Origin: Thermodesulfobacteriota bacterium | Lineage (GTDB): Bacteria > Desulfobacterota_D > UBA1144 > Nemesobacterales > UBA2774 | Assembly (NCBI GenBank): GCA_965216785.1 | Contig: OZ244197.1 | Coordinates: 2,176,001-2,240,000 of the forward strand | DNA: 64,000 nucleotides | Direction: 5' to 3' | Part shown: one piece after another, positions 57,173-64,000 of the stretch | Layout of the letters: each line of letters starts with the position of its first letter | Position numbering within the stretch: the stretch's first letter is position 1 | Notes under the pieces: generated by a model | What the model was told of the DNA's origin: nothing | What the model saw: only the letters and a program-made list of their open reading frames with translations | The model's database searches: none | Translations under genes and position numbers: made by a program

Positions 57173-57751
57173 CTAGCTTGCGGGAGGGTTACAAATCTTA
57201 CAGTTATCGTGGTCATGATTATCTACCGAGAATTTTTCGTTAGTATCGAACCGGGCCCCGCAGCACTCTATGAACATTCCCTTTATCATTTCCCTTCCTC
57301 TCTGAACTCTCGACTTCAGCCCCGTGTACGAGAGTCCCATCCGCTCCGCCAAATCCTTTTGCTTAACCCCCTCTATATCGCTCAGTATGAGCGGCTCTCT
57401 ATATTTCTCGGGCAGCCTGTCTATAAATACGTTAAGGCAGTACAGGATGCCGCTTAAATTTTTATCTTCGCCGTTATCTTCTGAATATGAAATGTTCTCA
57501 TCGATCTCAGCGCCTCCCATGTCCTTCTTTCTATAGTAGTCCGTTATAGAATTCCGTACTATCGAGTAAATCCAAGGGGCGAGTTTTTTTTCGTCTTTAA
57601 GTGAGGCGAGGCTCTTGTGGATCTTGATGAATATCTCCTGCGTCAGATCGTCCACATCCTCTGGGCTCCGCACTTTCCCCATCAGATAGGCTCTGATCTT
57701 TTCTGAGAAATCCTCGTATATTCCGTTCATCTCATCTTGCGTCGCTTTCAT
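57173..57751 (-). CDS. sigZ: ECF sigma factor SigZ-type with Cys-rich C-terminus
   Basis: DDLTQEIFIKI, WIYSI.RN.I.DYYRK, LPEKYRE, KSRVQRGR, tail ECC...HDHDNCKIC. Confidence 0.88.
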   Translation of the reverse strand: MKATQDEMNGIYEDFSEKIRAYLMGKVRSPEDVDDLTQEIFIKIHKSLASLKDEKKLAPWIYSIVRNSITDYYRKKDMGGAEIDENISYSEDNGEDKNLSGILYCLNVFIDRLPEKYREPLILSDIEGVKQKDLAERMGLSYTGLKSRVQRGREMIKGMFIECCGARFDTNEKFSVDNHDHDNCKICNPPAS

Positions 57752-57827
57752 CTTTCCTACCTTATATATAAGGGTACACACTATATATATGTATTTTTAT
57801 TATAATGTGTACCCCGTTATTTTAAAC

Positions 57828-57932
57828 TTATCCGCAGCATGTAGAGCTTTCACACTTACACTCACAGCGGCACTCCGCTCCGCCGCAGTTCTCACACTGA
57901 CATTCACACTTTACTTTATTATCTTCACTCAT
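57828..57932 (-). CDS. 34-aa metallothionein-like protein (not in ORF track)
   Basis: GGAGGT RBS; MSEDNKVKCECQCENCGGAECRCECKCESSTCCG, 10 Cys, no aromatic residues. Confidence 0.75.
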   Translation of the reverse strand: MSEDNKVKCECQCENCGGAECRCECKCESSTCCG

Positions 57933-57969
57933 TTCTGACCTCCCTGAATTTTTTTACTTACATATAGAT

Positions 57970-57996
57970 AGACGGGGGGAGGGTGAAAAAGACGCA
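57970..57996 (-). promoter_or_regulatory. putative ECF (SigZ) promoter
   Basis: TGCGTCTTTTT...CGTCTA on the minus strand; CGTC is a typical ECF -10. Confidence 0.5.
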
Positions 57997-58138
57997 AAGC
58001 ATATTGTAAGTGATATAAATCACAAGATAATACAGCGCAGGTTCCTTGGCTCAGTTTTTTTGCTATTGAAAAATAATTTGGTAATACCAGGGGTCTTCGG
58101 CTAAACTTTATTTTATCTAACAGCGGGAGGCAGTATAA

Positions 58139-58300
58139 ATGAAAAGAACATTACTTACTTTAGCTATAGCTCTGGGTCTCGCGTTTGGCAGCTTCGCTAT
58201 TTTCTCATCCGACTCCTTTGCGTGCGGAGCGGGAAAAGATAAAGGCGCGACTACCGAAGATACCACCCAGACAGACTCAAGCAGCTCAACAGAGTCATAA
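58139..58300 (+). CDS. 53-aa secreted microprotein (not in ORF track)
   Basis: GGGAGG RBS; MKRTLLTLAIALGLAFGSFAIFSSDSFA/CGAGKDKGATTEDTTQTDSSSSTES. Confidence 0.65.
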   Translation: MKRTLLTLAIALGLAFGSFAIFSSDSFACGAGKDKGATTEDTTQTDSSSSTES

Positions 58301-58324
58301 GAAGCATCTGCAATACAATTTAGA

Positions 58325-58370
58325 AAAAGGCCCTGGATTAGAACGATTGACTACTCAAGGGCCTTTTTTT
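58325..58370. terminator. bidirectional terminator
   Basis: AAAAGGCCCT...AGGGCCTTTTTTT between convergent genes. Confidence 0.7.
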
Positions 58371-58381
58371 ATATCCTATAG

Positions 58382-58780
58382 TTACCCTTCAATCTTAAAA
58401 ACCTTTTCGGGCTTTATTTTCATTTTAACCCTTACCTCGCCGGGCTGGCGGTGCGGGTATTCATCCAGTCCCAGATATTTCTTAGCAAGTTGATTAATAT
58501 GCTCGTCTGCATCATCGTGGGATTCTTGGGTCACTTTTCCCCTCACCATAGCCTGCTCATAATGGTTCTCTGAATTTGCGATCGCGACAGCGACGCGGCT
58601 GTCTTTACGCAGATTGTTTGTTTTCAGCCTGCCCTCCGCCGTGTTAATTACGATATTCTCGCCGTCCGAATCTACCCAGACCAGACTCACCTGCGGTGAG
58701 CCGTCCGGCATAACGGTCGCGACGGCCGCGAAGTTCTTGCCCTCGGTACATAGTTCATATACAAAGCTGTCTAGTGACAT
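58382..58780 (-). CDS. PPOX-class F420-dependent oxidoreductase
   Basis: ATVMPDGSPQVS.VW, K..NLR.D.RV, LAKKY. Confidence 0.88.
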   Translation of the reverse strand: MSLDSFVYELCTEGKNFAAVATVMPDGSPQVSLVWVDSDGENIVINTAEGRLKTNNLRKDSRVAVAIANSENHYEQAMVRGKVTQESHDDADEHINQLAKKYLGLDEYPHRQPGEVRVKMKIKPEKVFKIEG

Positions 58781-58821
58781 AAGTCACCTCCGCCTTTTTT
58801 ACTTAAGATAATCCCGGATTT

Positions 58822-59586
58822 TTATCTTGCAATCCAGCCGCCGTCTACTGAGAGCATGTTCCCGGTCATAAACCCGATATTATCATCTACCAGGAAGAGT
58901 ATCGAATGAGCAATCTCCTCAGGCTGGCCGAGCCTTCCAACCGGGTGGAGCGATTTCAGGTACTGCTCGGCTGCTTCCCTGTCTTCCACTTTGCCGAAGA
59001 AATCCTCAACAATCATCGGAGTCTCTATAGCGCCCGGGCATATGGCGTTAACCCTGATTCCCTTGTCCGCGTACTCAAGCGCCATGCTCTTTGTAAGCTG
59101 TGTTACTGCGCCCTTTGACGCTACATAGGCCGCGAATCCCGGCATGCCTTTTAGCCCGACAATAGAGGAATTGTTCACAATCGCCCCGTAACCTTTTTCC
59201 AGCATATGAGGTATCGAATGCTTCGACATAAAGTAAGTGCCCTTTACGTTAATGTCGAAAGTCTTTTCCCATATTTCGGTATCGGTTTCATGGGTCCTAC
59301 CCGGCATCAATATCCCGGCGTTATTAAAAAGTATGTCCACGCCGCCGTATTTCCCGATCGTATAATCCACAGTAGATTTACAGTCTTCTTCATTAGACAC
59401 GTCGCACGCTATGTAGTCGATCGTCAGCCCGTTTGACGCAGCCTCTTCCTGAACTTCCTTTAACTTCTCCTCTCTTCTTCCGGTTATTACAACACTTGCG
59501 CCTTCTTTAGCGAAAAGAAGCGCGGTTTCCTTGCCGATTCCTGTTCCGCCCCCTGTGATAATGGCCGTTTTGCCTGATAACTTCAT
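58822..59586 (-). CDS. short-chain dehydrogenase/reductase
   Basis: TGGGTGIG, NNAG, YVASK, VDGG. Confidence 0.92.
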   Translation of the reverse strand: MKLSGKTAIITGGGTGIGKETALLFAKEGASVVITGRREEKLKEVQEEAASNGLTIDYIACDVSNEEDCKSTVDYTIGKYGGVDILFNNAGILMPGRTHETDTEIWEKTFDINVKGTYFMSKHSIPHMLEKGYGAIVNNSSIVGLKGMPGFAAYVASKGAVTQLTKSMALEYADKGIRVNAICPGAIETPMIVEDFFGKVEDREAAEQYLKSLHPVGRLGQPEEIAHSILFLVDDNIGFMTGNMLSVDGGWIAR

Positions 59587-59775
59587 GTATGCCTCCTGGT
59601 GTTTTGGTGTTTTTGTTTTCGATGACTATTAATTTTCAATAGATGCAGGCGGGCAGGAAAATCGTCTGCTTCGCTCGCTCTTGTTATAAAAACTACGATT
59701 ATTTGGAATTACGGACTAACCGGACCAAAAAAATTAATCTCTGGTAACTACAATTAGTATAAGGGGCTTCCCAAA

Positions 59776-60282
59776 CTAGTAAAGCCATTTAGAGTACTCG
59801 GGGTTTTCGTCTTTCATCTCACCGTATAGCCATACCATCCTGTCAAGGAACCAGGTTTTTCCCGCCACGACCAGCGCGAGGCCAAACAGCGTGGGCCACA
59901 CACTGAGCGTGTAAAGGCCCCATACGCAAAAAAGCGCGCCTATCATCGATACTGCGTTGAGGATTTTGATGATCCCACCATGGTGCTTGGGTACAGGCAC
60001 TTTATCTCGCGCTATCCATACGCGCTCTCCAAATACCGCTTTTGAGGCCCAGTTATCCGTAGAGCGGGGTTTTTTGAATATCCTGGGATTGATCCATACC
60101 CAGATTATTGACGCGGCGACAGGAGCAAGGCTCCACCAGCCTATCCACGCGCGGCTCCATATCGAGATTATGAGCAGCGGCAGAGTCAGATACCTCGTCC
60201 ATACGCTCCATGGGTTCGCGTGCCGCTCCCACACCTCGTCGGACATCTTGAATACTGATGCGATTTTGCTTTCAAGGCTCAT
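59776..60282 (-). CDS. Trp-rich membrane protein (DUF6653-like)
   Basis: W.RHANPWSVWTR, NP..F..P....WAS.AV.GER.W, K.WFLDRMV. Confidence 0.75.
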   Translation of the reverse strand: MSLESKIASVFKMSDEVWERHANPWSVWTRYLTLPLLIISIWSRAWIGWWSLAPVAASIIWVWINPRIFKKPRSTDNWASKAVFGERVWIARDKVPVPKHHGGIIKILNAVSMIGALFCVWGLYTLSVWPTLFGLALVVAGKTWFLDRMVWLYGEMKDENPEYSKWLY

Positions 60283-60372
60283 ACCGCGTTACTCCGCTGC
60301 ATAGTAGAGGCTCCATAACTCAATTATAAACCTGTTAAATGACGGATGGTAAACGTTAGATACTTGGGGGGA

Positions 60373-60750
60373 TTAGTTGAAGGATTTGTCGATGGGCAAC
60401 AGCACGTACTTTTCACCGTTTATAGAGATTGTCTGTTTTTCGTTCTCGACCATCCTGATCCTGAACATCGGAGTCTCGGGGCCGGTGTACTCGGGCACGT
60501 CGTATTTGTGTGATCGACCCGACTCAATGATCTCAAAATAGTGTTCGTTCGTGTACTTGTCAGAGTGGCGCACGAGCACCCTGTCAAGTGTGACATGCAG
60601 GATAACGCACTGAGAAGTATCGCTCATTTTGTGTGAGAGCGGGCAGTAATCTGTATGGCTGCCGCTAAAATACCTGAAAAGGAGCAGCGGGACGAAGATC
60701 AGGATGAAAACCAGAGCGACCCTGGCGATTTTATAAGTGGATATGCGCAT
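60373..60750 (-). CDS. membrane-anchored hypothetical protein
   Basis: N-terminal TM segment. Confidence 0.5.
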   Translation of the reverse strand: MRISTYKIARVALVFILIFVPLLLFRYFSGSHTDYCPLSHKMSDTSQCVILHVTLDRVLVRHSDKYTNEHYFEIIESGRSHKYDVPEYTGPETPMFRIRMVENEKQTISINGEKYVLLPIDKSFN

Positions 60751-60910
60751 AAATTCCGACCCTTAAATAACCCGGAATGGATGAATATTCGAATTACCTG
60801 AAATACCGTTCCGGTACCGCTTAATATTTTGTACTTTACGTCCTCAACCTAGATTCGAAGTATAACCCCGTTTCTAAAATTCTGTAATATATGTTCAAAT
60901 ATCCCGTTTT

Positions 60911-61339
60911 TCAGGCAAGCTTGTGCCCATGTAAACATTTCTGAAAACTCTCGTCGGGAAGAAGTCCCAGCTGGTCCCACAGACCCATAAAATCCCAGTG
61001 CTCGTATCCACCCCTTAGTTTCCCGCCAGTGAATTTAGCCATCACGTTGCCGCTGATTGTTACGTCCTCTCCTGTACGCGCATCTTTCGCGTAGCACGAG
61101 CAGAGCGCAGCCAGCCAGTCGCCGTCCTCAATAGCCATGTCTATTTTTATATCGATATTCTTCAGCTGATCGCAGATGAGCTTGTGAAAGCCCTTGAATT
61201 CTTCAAGGTCAATTGCTCTTGACATCCCTATCTGCCCGATCTCCGGGTCAGGGACAAAAAGCTCCTCTATCGCGCCCGCGTCTTCTTGTTCCCATACCCT
61301 CCTGTACCAGTTCTCTAACGCTTCTACTTTTTCAGACAT
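60911..61339 (-). CDS. SnoaL-like/ester cyclase (NTF2 fold)
   Basis: W...VW...D...I.EL, EDGD, G...F.GGK......WD...L..QLG. Confidence 0.82.
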   Translation of the reverse strand: MSEKVEALENWYRRVWEQEDAGAIEELFVPDPEIGQIGMSRAIDLEEFKGFHKLICDQLKNIDIKIDMAIEDGDWLAALCSCYAKDARTGEDVTISGNVMAKFTGGKLRGGYEHWDFMGLWDQLGLLPDESFQKCLHGHKLA

Positions 61340-61361
61340 TTCGCTTTCCTTAACTGTGCTC

Positions 61362-63050
61362 TCAACCCTCTTCTATAAATTCATCCGGCATGAGACGGGC
61401 TTCCTGCCATTTCTCATAACTTCTTTTTGTTAGTTTCTCGGGGCACCCTGAGGATATGTTCTTTATCTCTATAAGTATTTCCATGTCGAGTTTTGCTTCC
61501 CATAGTGTCCCCGTGCCGCAAAGATTGTCCCGGGTAAGGCCGTCTGTGTTTCTAAGATCAGCCTGGTATAGGGATGTCTGGTCAAGCTCCGTATTAACGA
61601 AGCTCGCGCCTCGCAAACCCACACCCAAAAGCAGCGCGCCGTTCAGTTTTGCGTTGGTCAGTGAAGCGCCTTCAAGGTTCGCGCTGTTAAGTTTTGCGTC
61701 CGTGAGGTCGGCGCCGGTAAGGTCCGCGGAGCGAAGCTGCGCGCTGTCAAAGCTGGAGCTGCTTAGGTCCGCGTCAACGAGGCGCGCGCCGTTAAGGTTG
61801 GATCTCTTTAGCTCAGCCCCCCTCATGTAGGCTCTACTCAGATCCGCGCCCTCGAGGTTCGCGTGACTAAGGTTAGAATCTTCCAAAATTACAGATTCCA
61901 AATTTGCTTTCTTTAGACTCGCCTTATGCAGGTCCACCCTTGTAAGTATTGCGTTTTTCAGTTCTGCCTCATCAAGGCTTGCGCCCTCAAGGTCAGTGTC
62001 CCTCAAGTTCACCTGCTCCAAATCAGCCTTCACTAATTTTGCGTTATAAAGGTTCGCCTCTTCAAGCCGGGCGTTTTTTAGCTCCGCTTCACTCAAATCG
62101 GCAAACGACAGATCAGTGCCTTTCAGGTTACTCTGCATGAGGTTCGCATTCACGAGTGAGGCATTGGTCAGTGTGGAGTTGCTAAGGTCCGTATTTGATA
62201 AATTAGCGTTATTGAGCTGTACTCCGGATAAATTGCTTTGTTTGAGGACGGCGTTTCTCAAGTCCGCGCCGTTAAGGTTTGCCCCCTCGAGGTCCACCCA
62301 AAAGTACTGATCGTTTCCGTCGCTTCCTTGTGGAGCGATCGCAAGTATCTCATTTCTAAGATCAAGATTGGCCCAGGCGTACTTTCCCGCGTTAATAGCC
62401 GGCACCATTATACATGCCGCGTACCAGCCTGCTGTAATAATCGCGCATACGGAGAACAGGACTACCAGGTCCCATACATCGTTTGATTTCTTAGGTTTAT
62501 GGATTCTGCTCCAGAAAAGGAATATCAGTAAGAGTGAAGTGAACGTGAGTCCTACTATGATATAAGATATGAGCTCGTCGTGCTTCTTCACATAAATGAT
62601 AGATAGTACAAATAGGGCGGCCGGGAGTGTAAGCCATAAAGACACAGCGGAGAATACAGACTGCACGGCGCCGTAAAAGCCTCCCTCGGCTGCACCGTAC
62701 GTATTCATACCCCATGGAAAAAGCTTATTTTTATCAAATTCTATATTCTGATCTTTACAGTATTGTATAAATTCGGAAACCAGAGTCCTGAGCTTATTCT
62801 GATAGAGCATCAGGTTAATGTACAGAACGATAGCCAGAAAGACTGAAACTATGAAAAACGCTTCCAGCGGAACCGTGAGGTTTAAAAACGGCAGGTTGAT
62901 GTAGCTTGCGCCCAGAGCAAGCTGTTTGTCCTTCACGCTAAGCGCCGTTACAACCAGGTATAACAAAAAGCCGATATATATATAATACAAAAGCCTGGCG
63001 TGTTTAGACGCACTGTCTATGACAGAGAGCATCCGTACTTCGTCTTTCAA
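61362..63050 (-). CDS. membrane protein with pentapeptide repeats
   Basis: N-terminal TM domain (LPFLN..VPL..F) then long A[DN]L.. repeats. Confidence 0.9.
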   Translation of the reverse strand: MKDEVRMLSVIDSASKHARLLYYIYIGFLLYLVVTALSVKDKQLALGASYINLPFLNLTVPLEAFFIVSVFLAIVLYINLMLYQNKLRTLVSEFIQYCKDQNIEFDKNKLFPWGMNTYGAAEGGFYGAVQSVFSAVSLWLTLPAALFVLSIIYVKKHDELISYIIVGLTFTSLLLIFLFWSRIHKPKKSNDVWDLVVLFSVCAIITAGWYAACIMVPAINAGKYAWANLDLRNEILAIAPQGSDGNDQYFWVDLEGANLNGADLRNAVLKQSNLSGVQLNNANLSNTDLSNSTLTNASLVNANLMQSNLKGTDLSFADLSEAELKNARLEEANLYNAKLVKADLEQVNLRDTDLEGASLDEAELKNAILTRVDLHKASLKKANLESVILEDSNLSHANLEGADLSRAYMRGAELKRSNLNGARLVDADLSSSSFDSAQLRSADLTGADLTDAKLNSANLEGASLTNAKLNGALLLGVGLRGASFVNTELDQTSLYQADLRNTDGLTRDNLCGTGTLWEAKLDMEILIEIKNISSGCPEKLTKRSYEKWQEARLMPDEFIEEG

Positions 63051-63247
63051 TTTCCGACCCCCCCTGCCTTTGCTTCAAAGCTTATTATAGTAGAAGACGT
63101 ATATATTGTCTAGTGCGGCACGAAGTTATATATTTGATCTCCTTACTCGCTTAGATAGCAGCGTGTACGGTCTGTAGTTAACGTGCAATGTACAACGTTT
63201 TTTTAAAAGACCGGCAGGGGAGGGGTTTGCTTATTTTTCCTAATTCC

Positions 63248-63793
63248 TTAATCAAACCTAAAGCTCCCGACTATTTCATAGCACTCTTGTAGAAGCGAGC
63301 TGTATGAGGGGTAGCAGGTGAAAATCACTTTCTTATCTTTGTCTACGAAGTATATAGATAGCACTTGGTCGTCCCCAAGAGAGCTTTCGTCCTCGGCTCT
63401 TCGCCAAACCTTCTTTGCCTTTTTGCCGTCAATCGTAAAGTTCTCAAGCTTGGTAACGTTCCTTGTCTGAGTTATCAGCTTCCCGAGCGTACCCTTGTAA
63501 TGTGGATACACCCACCCGTCAACCCTGAGCATGTCTCGTGAGAATAGGTTCGGGCTGTCTGCTCTCGCGTCGTCCTTCGGGTAGCTCGTTATGCGAAAGA
63601 AGTTGCCTCCGACCCGCTCTGCCTCGCGAAGAGTTTTGTAGATGTCCATGTAAGTTTCCAGGTGCCAACCCTCGGGGTAGTCAATTGCAAACCCGTGCTC
63701 GCTCTTATAGGTGTTTTCCGCAAGAGCGCTTACAGGGCCTGACATTATGAGCGCGAGCAATATGAAAATCGTAGTGAGATTCTTGTATCTCAT
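63248..63793 (-). CDS. secreted protein (PsbP-like fold possible)
   Basis: Signal peptide; Y.S.HGF.I.YP.GW, IDGKKA, IV.SFRF. Confidence 0.65.
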   Translation of the reverse strand: MRYKNLTTIFILLALIMSGPVSALAENTYKSEHGFAIDYPEGWHLETYMDIYKTLREAERVGGNFFRITSYPKDDARADSPNLFSRDMLRVDGWVYPHYKGTLGKLITQTRNVTKLENFTIDGKKAKKVWRRAEDESSLGDDQVLSIYFVDKDKKVIFTCYPSYSSLLQECYEIVGSFRFD

Positions 63794-63825
63794 AGCGCAT
63801 AGGATAATAAATGTCCGGGAATTTG

Positions 63826-63999
63826 TTAAGAATAGATAAAAATCATCATCTTGGTATAGTCTTTGTCGGTAAGCATCAGGTTTTCTTTTCCCTCTAGGGA
63901 GCGTATCTCTTCCATTACGCGGGACTTCTCTACATCGCGCACCTCATCCTTATTTAACACCAGCTGTATCTGTGTTTGCTCAGCGAACAGCGCCCGGAG
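63826..63999 (-). CDS. 3' end of a gene entering from beyond the window
   Basis: Open frame LRALFAEQTQ...MMIFIYS*. Confidence 0.35.
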   Translation of the reverse strand, partial: LRALFAEQTQIQLVLNKDEVRDVEKSRVMEEIRSLEGKENLMLTDKDYTKMMIFIYS

Positions 64000-64000
64000 C

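Noticed and set aside
25861-57797. NrdR-box-like ACACYATATATAG motifs (near 25863, 27487, 45235, 57776)
   Set aside because: Single, imperfect, AT-rich matches with no ribonucleotide reductase genes nearby
58185-58493. 102-aa + strand ORF
   Set aside because: Crosses a terminator and overlaps the PPOX gene; the 58139-58300 frame has the RBS and signal peptide
61456-62310. Periodic sequence and antisense ORFs
   Set aside because: Consequence of pentapeptide-repeat coding

Overview
About 50% GC bacterial chromosomal window of accessory and metabolic genes. I saw no rRNA, tRNA, CRISPR array or intact transposase. The gene style (IPTL-CTERM surface proteins, CSLREA protein, F420-type oxidoreductases) resembles Ca. 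Dadabacteria/Desulfobacterota-like genomes, but that is inference only. Recognisable content: S-formylglutathione hydrolase, three SGNH hydrolases, a TetR/SDR operon, a glutamine-synthetase-like ligase, HpaB/AbfD-like, LOG, UbiD, YigZ, APC-USP and MFS transporters, an aquaporin, four tandem EamA transporters, a short prophage remnant (TerS plus truncated TerL) and SigZ. Features not explained by the ORF track: (1) a ~170-nt structured element in four co-oriented copies with compensatory stem changes, one copy expanded by self-contained helices; (2) an unannotated 34-aa, 10-Cys metallothionein-like gene ahead of a Cys-tailed SigZ ECF sigma factor with an ECF-like promoter; (3) a shared C-terminal Cys-[SA]-Leu-Ala...FP-TM-RR tail on three secreted proteins, alongside IPTL-CTERM; (4) several co-oriented, sometimes nested REP-like families, one sitting exactly where TerL is truncated; (5) two C-rich sRNA-like hairpins.
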